Sequence record: AY308796.1
DNA: 49,902 nucleotides
Direction: 5' to 3' (one strand)
Source of the DNA: Escherichia phage Tls
Part shown: positions 27,901 to 35,920 of the stretch, one piece after another
How positions within the stretch are numbered: position 1 is the first letter of the stretch
How the letters are laid out: each line of letters starts with the position of its first letter
Position numbers and translations under genes: made by a program
The notes under the pieces: model-generated
Databases searched by the model: none
Told to the model about the DNA's origin: nothing
Seen by the model: only the letters and a program-made list of their open reading frames with translations

Positions 27901-28706
27901 AATCAGCAGTGAATCAGAAACTTGATTCTTGGGTTAATGCCGATAGCGTTGGTGCGATGTACGGCGTTAAGTTGGGGATCAGGTATAACGGGCAGGAATA
28001 TAGCGCAGGTATGGCGCTTTCTCTTGTCGCTGATGGTGGCGGAGTTAAATCACAATTCCTGTTTGATGCAGGACGATTCGCGATCATCAACAATGCTCAA
28101 AGCGGAGCCTTTACATTGCCGTTTGTTGTTGAAAATAATCAGGTGTTTATCAATAGTTTGCTTGTTAAAAATGGTTCTATCGGTAATGCACAGATTGCTA
28201 ACTTCATCAACTCTAACAACTGGCAGAGCGGGGTTGCAGGATGGGCTATTAACAAAGATGGTTACGCAGAATTTAACCAGATAACGGTAAGGGGTACTGT
28301 TTACGCAAACGCCGGTTCATTCACTGGTAACGTTTACGCTACTGATGGTTGGTTTAGGGGTACTGTTTACGCTGAAAAAATTGAGGGTGACGTTGCAAAG
28401 GCTGTTGTCCTTCCGTTTAACGGATCGGTTCACATTCCGGCGGTTAACTACAACAGACATCTTGTGATCCCTTATGTTGGTATTCACGGGTACACATATT
28501 CAGGTGGTACATGGGGCAGAGGTACTGTTTGGGTTGATTCAACATATGGCGGTCGCCTTGCTAACGTTCAGGCAACTGCAATGCATGGCGGATCAAGTGG
28601 TTATGTTCTGTTGCCAGCAGGTAACGCAACCACGCTTTCATATGGTGGAGATCTAAACCACGCAAACGCAGTACCGATCTTAACAGTTCTGCTATTCAAA
28701 GCATAA
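24930..28706 (+). CDS. central tail fibre / host specificity protein, lambda gpJ-like
   Basis: 1258 aa; N-terminus GSKGGSSKPHTPVEMEDNL resembles gpJ; FN3-like segment; position after gpI. Confidence 0.85.
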   Translation: MIKNMITGSKGGSSKPHTPVEMEDNLISINRIRILLAVSDGEVDPNFSLKDLYFDDVPVMNQDGSLNFQNVKAEFRPGTQTQDYIQGFTDTASEVTVARDLTAATPYIISVTNKNLSAIRIKILMPRGVTQEDNGDLTGVRVEYAVDMAVDGAEYKEVLHDVIEGKTMSGYDRSRRIDLPAFNERVLLRVRRLTDSTSARVTDLIKMQSYAEVVDAKFRYPLTGLVYVEFDSELFPNALPNISIKKKWNIINVTSNYDPISRTYSGAWDGTWKKAWSNNPAFVLYDLITNQRYGLDQRELGIALDKWSIYECAQYCDQMVPDGKGGTEPRYLCDVVIQSQVEAYQLVRDICSIFRGMSFWNGESLSIVIDKPRDASYIFTNDNVVNGEFTYTFASEKSMYTQCNVTFDDEQNMYQQDVEGVFETEAALRFGYNSTSITAIGCTRRSEANRRGRWILKTNVKSTTVNFATGLEGMIPTVGDVIVVSDNFWSSALTLNLSGRLMEVSGLQVFTPFKVDARAGDRILVNKPDGKPVGRTIARVSDDGKTLTLNTTFGFDVQPDTIFAIERTDIAQQRYVVTGITKGDGDEEFTYNITAVEYDPNKYDEIDYGVNIDDRPTSIVQPDILPAPQNVKIESYSRVVQGASVETMHVSWDKVEYASLYEMQWRKDNGNWNNTPRTANKETEVEGIYAGNYHVRVRSVAANGSASGWSAIVSAGLTGKVGEPEKPINLTASDNEVFGIRVKWGMPEGSGDTAYIELHQAPNGSDGHPIVDEATLLTLIPFPQYEYWHSILPAGHVVWYKARAVDKIGNVSDWTDFVRGMASDDTSIITDHIKVDIENSDGYKWLQENAIKTNDKIHSTAESVIENALANDKDVRRMRVENGKRKAEFLQSLKLIADETEARVTQVTQMSAQFDEKLTAQNSELREVIANSTETISQRINQLTATFESEIDGVKQDIKAQITDVNQAITNEAEARASADRALSTQIGDTQSAVNQKLDSWVNADSVGAMYGVKLGIRYNGQEYSAGMALSLVADGGGVKSQFLFDAGRFAIINNAQSGAFTLPFVVENNQVFINSLLVKNGSIGNAQIANFINSNNWQSGVAGWAINKDGYAEFNQITVRGTVYANAGSFTGNVYATDGWFRGTVYAEKIEGDVAKAVVLPFNGSVHIPAVNYNRHLVIPYVGIHGYTYSGGTWGRGTVWVDSTYGGRLANVQATAMHGGSSGYVLLPAGNATTLSYGGDLNHANAVPILTVLLFKA

Positions 28707-28719
28707 AAGGAGGTAAATC

Positions 28720-28760
28720 AATGCCCTGGCTTAACGGTCGGGGCATTTTGTTTTCTTTTG
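28720..28760 (+). terminator. hairpin plus T-rich tract after J
   Basis: Stem aatgccc/gggcatt with 14-nt loop, then TTTGTTTTCTTTTG. Confidence 0.5.
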
Positions 28761-29020
28761 TTCCACGATGTTCACAACCGAATCCGGCGTAAAATTGAAA
28801 ACGTCTTGATAACAAAAAGAACAAATTAAATATCTATATAATACATACACTTAGAGTTAATTATTATTATATATATCTATTTGTATCCTTATTGTTTCCA
28901 TTGTTCTATATGGTTTGTGGTGGTTGTGTGTTTTGTATTGGTTGATGGTTATATATCACATGGTATGTATTTATATATGGTATGCAGCGTAAATGCGTGA
29001 ACAATGGAACACAAAAACAA
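28760..29020. repeat. AT-rich non-coding element, copy B (homologous to 130-450)
   Basis: Shares the same ordered sequence blocks as copy A. Confidence 0.6.
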
Positions 29021-29109
29021 CAATTAGTAAAATCATAAACTTACGATGTGATTTTGTTTTCAATGCTAGTTGTAAACGTATTCAAAACAAAAAGAATACT
29101 TAAATGGTA

Positions 29110-29137
29110 TTGACTACATGAAACAAAGACATATAAT
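29110..29137 (+). promoter_or_regulatory. near-consensus sigma70 promoter TTGACT-N16-TATAAT
   Basis: -35 TTGACT 29110-29115; -10 TATAAT 29132-29137; about 30 nt upstream of exonuclease gene. Confidence 0.65.
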
Positions 29138-29165
29138 GCAGACATACCAACGAGAGGATGACAAA

Positions 29166-30221
29166 ATGAGCGATTTTAAAGTTTACACCTTTGACCAGTT
29201 AACCAATTATGAATATCACGATCCTAAAGGTTGGGCGGCTGAATACGTTAGCGGTTCAAGCCTGGCAGAAATCTTTGCAAGTTGTCCGGCAGCATGGAAA
29301 TACAGACCACGCGAGGAAAGCAAAGCGCTTGTTTTCGGTACGCAGTCACATACAAACTTTCAAAGCAGTGAGTTGTTCGCAAAAGAGTACCGACGAGCGC
29401 CAGCGCCGGAAGATTACGAAAACTTAATCACAAGCCAAACGGCATTAGCCAGCAAGTTAAAATCTTTTGGCCTGACTGGTGCAAGCGGGAAAACTTATCC
29501 AGACCTGATAAAAATGATGGTTGATTGTGGTGAGGATCTTAATGTTCAGTGGCTTATTGAAATGATCGCAGAGAGCCAGGCGCGAGCGGATAACGTTGAA
29601 TTGGTTCCGGCTAAAGATTACGACGCTTGCGTTACCATGCGCCGCGTACTGGAAAACATACCGGAACACAACGCTTGCATGAATAGCCCAACAGCACAAC
29701 GCGAGCTATCAATTTTCGGCACTATCAAAGGCGTGAAAGTCAAAGTAAGGATTGACCATGTTGATATTTGCAAGGATGTGCTTGCAACAGTGATTTCCGG
29801 CTATGATGGTGATGGTAATCCGGTATATGAAACAACGCGATTTGATGAAGCGATTGTGATCACGGATTATAAAACAACGTCAAGCGCTAACCCGTCAGAG
29901 TTTGCAAGGCTGGCATTCAATCATGGCTACTACTTGAAAATGGCATTGCAGCATGACCTATTCAAGAAAGCGTATCCAGAAGAAACACGCCCCGTAGTAG
30001 TCAGATTGCTGGCGCAGGAAAAGAAAGAGCCTTATTTACCGATTGCATACCGCATGACGGATGAACAATTGAAGATCGGACGGCTTCAATACATGAGTGT
30101 GATAAACCAGTTTGCAGAATGCCAGGCAAATGACAGTTGGCCTTCATACGCAAACGGAGAGCCTGAAATTGATCTTCAAACGCCTGATTGGGTTCGTCGT
30201 CAATACAAAGGTTTTTTATAA
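29166..30221 (+). CDS. PD-(D/E)XK-family recombination exonuclease (putative)
   Basis: ITDYKTT block consistent with a D/E..K nuclease core; followed by Erf and SSB; ATG with SD gagagg. Confidence 0.55.
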   Translation: MSDFKVYTFDQLTNYEYHDPKGWAAEYVSGSSLAEIFASCPAAWKYRPREESKALVFGTQSHTNFQSSELFAKEYRRAPAPEDYENLITSQTALASKLKSFGLTGASGKTYPDLIKMMVDCGEDLNVQWLIEMIAESQARADNVELVPAKDYDACVTMRRVLENIPEHNACMNSPTAQRELSIFGTIKGVKVKVRIDHVDICKDVLATVISGYDGDGNPVYETTRFDEAIVITDYKTTSSANPSEFARLAFNHGYYLKMALQHDLFKKAYPEETRPVVVRLLAQEKKEPYLPIAYRMTDEQLKIGRLQYMSVINQFAECQANDSWPSYANGEPEIDLQTPDWVRRQYKGFL

Positions 30222-30264
30222 ATAGCACTTTTTGCTAAAAAAGCCATTCGATGCGTGGTATACT
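30220..30264 (+). promoter_or_regulatory. motif promoter: AAATAGCACTTTTTGCTAAAAAAG + TATACT in hairpin loop
   Basis: Motif 30220-30241; hairpin gatgcgtg/cacgcatc; -10 TATACT 30259-30264. Confidence 0.5.
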
Positions 30265-30298
30265 ACACGCATCAACCAACGAGAGAGAGGAAATAAAA

Positions 30299-30589
30299 AT
30301 GGAACAGCAATTCAATGAACAAGAAATTCAAGATGTGCGCGATCACGTAGGCGGATTTGTAAACGCATTAGGAATTATGCAACGCCAGTTCTTGCGCGTA
30401 ATTGATCCAAGCGAATCACCGGAAACTCTTGAATATGTTCGCAAGGTTGCATATTCGATTGATAACGTTGTGTTAACGGTTCTTCAAATGGAAAATAACG
30501 AAGAACATCGCAAGATGATTAATCAGGCAAGTGAAATCATGATCCAGAATTTGATTGATTATCACAACGAGAACGAAGAAAAGCATTAA
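30299..30589 (+). CDS. hypothetical protein (96 aa)
   Basis: In-frame ATG with SD gagagagg. Confidence 0.5.
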   Translation: MEQQFNEQEIQDVRDHVGGFVNALGIMQRQFLRVIDPSESPETLEYVRKVAYSIDNVVLTVLQMENNEEHRKMINQASEIMIQNLIDYHNENEEKH

Positions 30590-30635
30590 TTAACACGGCG
30601 GCGCAAGCCGCCATTATTAAACCGGAGTCAATGAA

Positions 30636-31298
30636 ATGAAATTTTCCGAACAAAACGCAAACGTAATTAAGGCATTGTTTGAGGCGCGTCAATTATTCAC
30701 CAAAGTAAAAAAGGATAAGCAAAACACGCACCTGAAAAATAAATATGCAACTCTTGACAGCGTTCTTGATGCTATCATGCCTGGCCTTACTGATAAGGGT
30801 TTATTCCTTACTCAAGATCAGAAAGTTGGCGAAGATTTGAAATCAATGACGGTTTTAACTCGCTTCATTCACGTTGAATCAAATGAATGGGTTGAATATA
30901 GTTTCACGTTGCCAATGCAGAAATTAGATCCACAAGGCGGCGGCTCAACAAACAGCTATGCGCGACGTTATGCTCTTTGCACGGCTCTTGGCCTGGCAAC
31001 GGCTGACGATGACGCAAATCTTGCCACCAAAAACGCGCAGGATTGGAAAAAAGATCTTGATGCTTGCGATAACCTTACAGACTTGCAAGAAACGTTTAAA
31101 ACTGCTTACAAGCAATCTGACGCAGCAAACCGCCGAATCATTAAAGAGCATTACGACAAGCTGAAAGCTAAAATGGAAATCGGAAAGGCTCGCGGCTTTA
31201 ATCCGGCTGAACCAGCGGCGAATGTTGCAAAGAATGAAAAGGTTGAAAAGGAACCGCAACAGGAAGTAAAATCACAGTCTATCACTGACTTTGAATAA
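30636..31298 (+). CDS. erf: Erf-like single-strand annealing protein
   Basis: N-terminal KYATLDSVLDAI block typical of Erf-family recombinases; next to SSB and exonuclease. Confidence 0.65.
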   Translation: MKFSEQNANVIKALFEARQLFTKVKKDKQNTHLKNKYATLDSVLDAIMPGLTDKGLFLTQDQKVGEDLKSMTVLTRFIHVESNEWVEYSFTLPMQKLDPQGGGSTNSYARRYALCTALGLATADDDANLATKNAQDWKKDLDACDNLTDLQETFKTAYKQSDAANRRIIKEHYDKLKAKMEIGKARGFNPAEPAANVAKNEKVEKEPQQEVKSQSITDFE

Positions 31299-31335
31299 TA
31301 ATTTGCGGGGCGTAATGCCCCGATAAGGAAAAATA

Positions 31336-31761
31336 ATGCACGTTATCACTGGTGAAATTCGCAAAGAGCCTTTTGTTAAGCAAGGGCAAAACGGCACACT
31401 TTATATTGTTGAGCTTTCAGAATCATATAAAGATCGAGAGGGTAACAGACAATACACAAATTACAAATTCTTCTTTAATGCAAAAAGCGAGGGAATGAAT
31501 AATTGGTATCGTGAGGCATTCCAGCAGGGTAAAATTATTTCTGTATCTTGCGACCAGTTGCGCATTGATAGCAGCGAATATAACGGGCAGATTTATAACA
31601 CTCTAACAAGTGCCGGATTTGCTAACTTGCAATTTAGCCAGCGCGGTGAAAGTCAAGCACCACAACAGCAACGACCACCTCAGCAACAGCCACAACCGAA
31701 ACAACAAGCACCACAAAACAACGAGCCTCCAATGGATTTTGACGACGATATTCCATTCTAA
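31336..31761 (+). CDS. ssb: single-stranded DNA-binding protein
   Basis: Gln/Pro-rich linker and acidic C-terminal tail MDFDDDIPF characteristic of bacterial-type SSB. Confidence 0.85.
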   Translation: MHVITGEIRKEPFVKQGQNGTLYIVELSESYKDREGNRQYTNYKFFFNAKSEGMNNWYREAFQQGKIISVSCDQLRIDSSEYNGQIYNTLTSAGFANLQFSQRGESQAPQQQRPPQQQPQPKQQAPQNNEPPMDFDDDIPF

Positions 31762-31766
31762 AAATA

Positions 31767-31788
31767 AAGGGGCTTGCGCCCCTTTTCC
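31767..31788 (+). terminator. rho-independent terminator (aaggggc ttgc gcccctt tt)
   Basis: Read directly. Confidence 0.6.
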
Positions 31789-32017
31789 ACTTTCTTTGAT
31801 ACCCAAAACAGCAATTACCTTAACTGCGATCCGGCTTGCAAGTTCAAGCTGTTGTGCGTTAAGCGTTCCTGTATTCATGATAGACAACAGTCCAGACATA
31901 GAGCCAAGAGCTTTAAAATCAGTAAAGGCTGATTTCATAATATCCATTTGTTGATGACCATCATTCACAATCGCTTGTGCGCCTTATTCACGCAATAGAT
32001 ATTGGTTCATTGTAAAG

Positions 32018-32044
32018 AATTGGTAAATAAAAAAAGGAGGCGTT
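32018..32044 (-). terminator. rho-independent terminator for the minus-strand tail fibre gene
   Basis: Minus strand reads ggaggcg caa cgcctcc followed by TTTTTTT. Confidence 0.7.
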
Positions 32045-32059
32045 GCGCCTCCCTTTGTA

Positions 32060-34084
32060 TTATGGTAGTTCTGGAATCGTTTCGGCATTACCTCCAGCCA
32101 ATCCAGCAACCATTTTTTTTAATTGTTCAATATCAGCTTTTAAACTTGAAACTTCACTTTCTAACGCTTCATTTTTACCCTGCAACTCTTGAACAACAAC
32201 AATAAGATCAGAAATAACGGCGCGATCATTAACGTTCATGATTTCGAATTCATCACCGTTTTCATCTGTTGCAGTGCCGCCAAAGAAAACGTAAGTGTCG
32301 TCTATTTCAGCCATTTGTTGCGCAAGGTATCCACGCTGCAAAACATGGTTTCCCTTATAATAAAACTCCATAACACCAATCTGTTTAACGCGATCCCATG
32401 CGCCAGGCTTAGGAGGTTCAAATCTATCCTTAATGCGAACATCAGATCCTTGAATAGCGCATCGCCCCTCTGGTGTATAGAATCCATTATCGTTTCTCAT
32501 TGAATACCATACGACATTACCGCCGAATGTGTTAAAAGACCAAACATATTGATACGCCTGCCCAGGAGTACCAACCAAATAATTTTGAATTCCGAACCAT
32601 GAGTTCTCAATATACGTAAGAAGGTTTGAGCCATCGCTTGCTTGCTGTGATTTCTCCTTTATTACAGCAGCAGTCCAAGCGCCGCCTTGACCGTAATAAG
32701 CCTTAGCCCATACCGCATTAAATGTAACATCCTGATCAATTCCAACCCCTAAATTTCGTCTTGCTTGAGCTACATTATCAGCACCAGTGCCACCAGATAC
32801 GATTGGTAGCGCCTTTCTTACTCCAGCGGAGCGATCAAAAACCCCCCAATCACCAGCGCTGTAAACGAAGAAATAAGTGTCTTTATCAGGTGCCCAAAGT
32901 AACGTTTGTTCTCCAAGTCTATCAACCTGGTCAACAAGCAGGTTTTCACGAGCTTTTGCAACAGTTGTTGCACCAGTACCACCTTGCTCAATACCTAGAG
33001 CCGACCAACCTTTTAGATCGCGATTGAACATACCCCATGTGCCATCATTCCTTACAGATATCTCTTTTAAACCATCTGGAGAAAGCATTGACGTAAAAAC
33101 AGAATCCTGAATTATTCTATCAACTTGCAAATTTATTTTTGCTTGCGTAACGTTTTCAGCACCAGTTCCGCCAGCGCCAATAGAAAGTGCCGATGTGCTG
33201 TTGTTGTCATTACGTGCAACTCGCCATTCTCCATTGTTAGCGATCCGCAATTCATAAGTCCATGCAGGATTTCGGAAAGAGTTGTAAGCGCCAGTATCTT
33301 GATCTTTTACAGAATTAACAGCCTCAACTTTCAAAGCTTCCCTTGCAAGGTCTTTGTTTGCAAGATCATTAAGGTTTTGATCCTTATGCAGCAGATTTTC
33401 AGGTTGCACCTGTTGCGCCCATTGGCGAGCTTCATCACGCGCGTCTAACGCTTCATTTTTAATTACGGTTATCTCAGTAACGGCAGAATCCTTAATCTGT
33501 TGCGTTTGGTTTTTTATTGCGTCCGTGTCTGCCTTAATCTGATTGGTTTCAGCAACAGCGGCATCTTTAATCCGTTGCGTTTCATTAACAGCGGTATCCT
33601 TAATCTGTTGCGTTTCAGTAACAGCGTCATCCTTTATTGTTTGCGTGTCGTTTTTTAATTGTTCAGTCGCGGCTCGGTCTGCATCAGTTTTTTGCGCGGA
33701 AGCCTCAGCGCGAGCAACAAGATCCTGTATTGTTTTTAAATCAAAGTTTTTGAAAAATTCAATCGCTTCCTCAATAACAGTTTCTTTACTTTGGTAATAA
33801 CGCAGCGTTTCCGCTACATCTTGCGCCATTCCATCGACAGTTAGCGAGTCATTCAACAGGATCACATAATTTCCGTTTTCTACTGGCTCGCCGTCAGTCT
33901 GGATCGCTTTCATTTCCGTGTCGCTTACAATATCGCTAATCACAGCCAATTTAAGAGGCGATGTGAGAAATACGATTGTTGCGCCAGTACGGATAAGAGA
34001 AAGAGGATCACGCCATTTTGTGCCAGTACCAATAATAACGCCTTGCGCGTCCATTGCAGCCGTACCAGTTCGATATAAAGCCAT
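32060..34084 (-). CDS. side tail fibre with repeated GGTGA motifs and C-terminal intramolecular-chaperone-like domain
   Basis: 674 aa; five GGTGA..A.AR.NL repeats; C-terminal DRAVISDLIVVVQELQ... coiled-coil tail; SD gaggtg. Confidence 0.7.
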   Translation of the reverse strand: MALYRTGTAAMDAQGVIIGTGTKWRDPLSLIRTGATIVFLTSPLKLAVISDIVSDTEMKAIQTDGEPVENGNYVILLNDSLTVDGMAQDVAETLRYYQSKETVIEEAIEFFKNFDLKTIQDLVARAEASAQKTDADRAATEQLKNDTQTIKDDAVTETQQIKDTAVNETQRIKDAAVAETNQIKADTDAIKNQTQQIKDSAVTEITVIKNEALDARDEARQWAQQVQPENLLHKDQNLNDLANKDLAREALKVEAVNSVKDQDTGAYNSFRNPAWTYELRIANNGEWRVARNDNNSTSALSIGAGGTGAENVTQAKINLQVDRIIQDSVFTSMLSPDGLKEISVRNDGTWGMFNRDLKGWSALGIEQGGTGATTVAKARENLLVDQVDRLGEQTLLWAPDKDTYFFVYSAGDWGVFDRSAGVRKALPIVSGGTGADNVAQARRNLGVGIDQDVTFNAVWAKAYYGQGGAWTAAVIKEKSQQASDGSNLLTYIENSWFGIQNYLVGTPGQAYQYVWSFNTFGGNVVWYSMRNDNGFYTPEGRCAIQGSDVRIKDRFEPPKPGAWDRVKQIGVMEFYYKGNHVLQRGYLAQQMAEIDDTYVFFGGTATDENGDEFEIMNVNDRAVISDLIVVVQELQGKNEALESEVSSLKADIEQLKKMVAGLAGGNAETIPELP

Positions 34085-34150
34085 AATTACACCTCATTTT
34101 ATTCATTGAAACAGTGTAGTGATTATGCGATATTGCTATGTTACATGCAA

Positions 34151-34173
34151 TAAAAACCCCGCCTTAGCGGGGT
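34151..34173 (-). terminator. rho-independent terminator after primase gene
   Basis: Minus strand ccccgc taag gcgggg followed by TTTTT. Confidence 0.6.
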
Positions 34174-34238
34174 TCGTCAACTACAACGAGAAGTCAATGA
34201 AACAGATTCATCGAAAAGTGTTAGTAGCAGGATTAATA

Positions 34239-35165
34239 TTATAATAAGTCACTTGCCTTGTAAAGTCTCCGCTCTATTCCATTTTTGAATTTACCGTTAA
34301 CTGGTAACATTACGTCTAATTCGCGATCATCGGCAGCAATCAAAGTATCGCGATCATTAGCATGGCACACAACGCGCATTTTACGATCTCCTTTGTATCT
34401 GTATGCAACAATTTCAAGATTTGAAGGTGAGAAACACGCCCATACTTCTTGCCCCGTCGCCAGGTGTATATGTTGCGCATCAATCCAATCAACGCAAAGG
34501 TAAATTGTTTTGTCAGTCTTGCCAGTTACCGCAACGCTTCCTCGCGTGTAATCTTTCGCGTAAAAACTGCTTTTACCTTCCTCGTTGACGAAAAGAATAT
34601 TGCACATATCATCATCCAATTCATCACTATGCACCAGGTGGCAAGGAATGGCGTGTATATGCTCGCAATATCCATTGTCATGAGTTTTTACGCCAACTTG
34701 ATACGATTCGCCGTCTAATGGATAAAACGCCTCAAAAACGCTTAGATTTGTTATTTCCATGCGTTCAGTTTTATCCATCACCTCAACACATTTTTCATGT
34801 GGTGCTTGCGATCCGAAATTGTAACCTGAGTCACGTTTTGCCGCTTTGTTAGCCTTGTTGACAACCTCAACAGGAACCAAGTTTAACCATTCGCCTAGAG
34901 TGTCGATTGCTTCACTGTAATTTTCACCACGTATGCGCATGAATAATCCGATCCCTGAATCATTCCCGCATTGGTTGCAAATGTTGCCGCCGTCGCCTTT
35001 CTCGTTGATTTTGTCAGTCCAACGAAAGCGATCTTTACCGCCGCAATAAGGGCAAGGCTGATGCTTTCCGTTAAAGGTTAATTGAGGAATATCGCAAAGT
35101 TTCATTAATGCCGCTTGCCACATGCCGCGCATCTTTGGGATTACTTCTTCTTTTTGATAATGCAT
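34239..35165 (-). CDS. DNA primase (zinc-ribbon type)
   Basis: N-terminal CPYCGG...CNQCG zinc-binding motif; acidic core; SD ggagg; adjacent to helicase. Confidence 0.6.
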   Translation of the reverse strand: MHYQKEEVIPKMRGMWQAALMKLCDIPQLTFNGKHQPCPYCGGKDRFRWTDKINEKGDGGNICNQCGNDSGIGLFMRIRGENYSEAIDTLGEWLNLVPVEVVNKANKAAKRDSGYNFGSQAPHEKCVEVMDKTERMEITNLSVFEAFYPLDGESYQVGVKTHDNGYCEHIHAIPCHLVHSDELDDDMCNILFVNEEGKSSFYAKDYTRGSVAVTGKTDKTIYLCVDWIDAQHIHLATGQEVWACFSPSNLEIVAYRYKGDRKMRVVCHANDRDTLIAADDRELDVMLPVNGKFKNGIERRLYKASDLL

Positions 35166-35181
35166 TTCTCAACCTCCAAAT

Positions 35182-35214
35182 AAAAAACCTGGCACGATGA
35201 TAAACCATGCCAGG
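35182..35214 (-). terminator. hairpin plus T-tract between regulator and primase genes
   Basis: Stem cctggca/tgccagg with T6 on minus strand. Confidence 0.5.
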
Positions 35215-35223
35215 CCGGAATTT

Positions 35224-35832
35224 TTAGCAATCAGTGCTATCGACGGAAATCACAACGCGTTTCTTCTGATTGGCTTCCTTTGCTTTGCGCCGTTCTTCTT
35301 TCGCCTTTTCGCGTTCAGCTTTGCGCCGCGCTTTCTCCTTCTCGCGTTCTTCTGGACTCATAGACCGCAACGGATCGTAAGGCCGCACAAATCCTCTTGC
35401 TTCCGCTTCCTCTTTGGTTACAAATCGCATCAGCTTTCTGTTGCTGCAACGATTCTCTAATGGCTTGCCGTTATTATCAAATTTGATATCTGGACGGCAA
35501 TATGAAGCGCGGAAGCCGTTAAAACCTTTGCGTCGGTAATCTTTCTGGATCAGTTCAGCGCCTTTAGTTGAAATCATTCCGCGCTCTTTCCATCCCCATA
35601 CTGTTTTAAGGTTAACGCCAATTTCACGAGCCAGGGCAGCGCAACCGCCGTAAGCGTTGACAACTTCATCAAGCCGCGCTTTTAATCCTGCTCTTACTTC
35701 TTCCTTTAATACAAGATAACCGCTAACAGGTGCGCGACGTTTACGATCTTTACCACGTCTTACGCCGTTGTTACCATTGATTGTGCGTTTGTCGATTTCG
35801 CCAGTTGAGGAAGCAATTTTGATTTCGCTCAT
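35224..35832 (-). CDS. HTH DNA-binding protein (putative transcriptional regulator) with Lys/Glu/Arg-rich C-terminal tail
   Basis: Helix-turn-helix-like AALAREIGVNLKTVWGWKERG; divergent from helicase operon; SD aggtga. Confidence 0.55.
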   Translation of the reverse strand: MSEIKIASSTGEIDKRTINGNNGVRRGKDRKRRAPVSGYLVLKEEVRAGLKARLDEVVNAYGGCAALAREIGVNLKTVWGWKERGMISTKGAELIQKDYRRKGFNGFRASYCRPDIKFDNNGKPLENRCSNRKLMRFVTKEEAEARGFVRPYDPLRSMSPEEREKEKARRKAEREKAKEERRKAKEANQKKRVVISVDSTDC

Positions 35833-35840
35833 ATTTTCAC

Positions 35841-35885
35841 CTATAGCACTTTTTGCTAAAAAACTTGATTAAGTTTGTGTATGAT
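35841..35885 (+). promoter_or_regulatory. motif promoter: TATAGCACTTTTTGCTAAAAAAC + TATGAT
   Basis: Motif 35841-35864; -10 TATGAT 35880-35885, which overlaps the -10 of the divergent minus-strand promoter. Confidence 0.5.
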
Positions 35886-35909
35886 ATGCCGCAAATGGCA
35901 TTTAGTCAA
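35881..35909 (-). promoter_or_regulatory. sigma70-like promoter on minus strand TTGACT-N17-TATCAT for the HTH regulator gene
   Basis: Minus-strand -35 at 35904-35909 and -10 at 35881-35886. Confidence 0.45.
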
Positions 35910-35920
35910 AAGGATAAAAA

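Noticed and set aside
19624-28656. Multiple short ORFs on both strands inside the tape measure and J genes (for example 19624-19830, 21635-21904, 25792-26058, 26222-26581, 27922-28284)
   Set aside because: Embedded in long, well-supported structural genes, with no RBS or promoter signals
32189-34718. Plus-strand ORFs inside the minus-strand tail fibre and primase genes
   Set aside because: Antisense to long genes with strong RBSs; low-complexity translations
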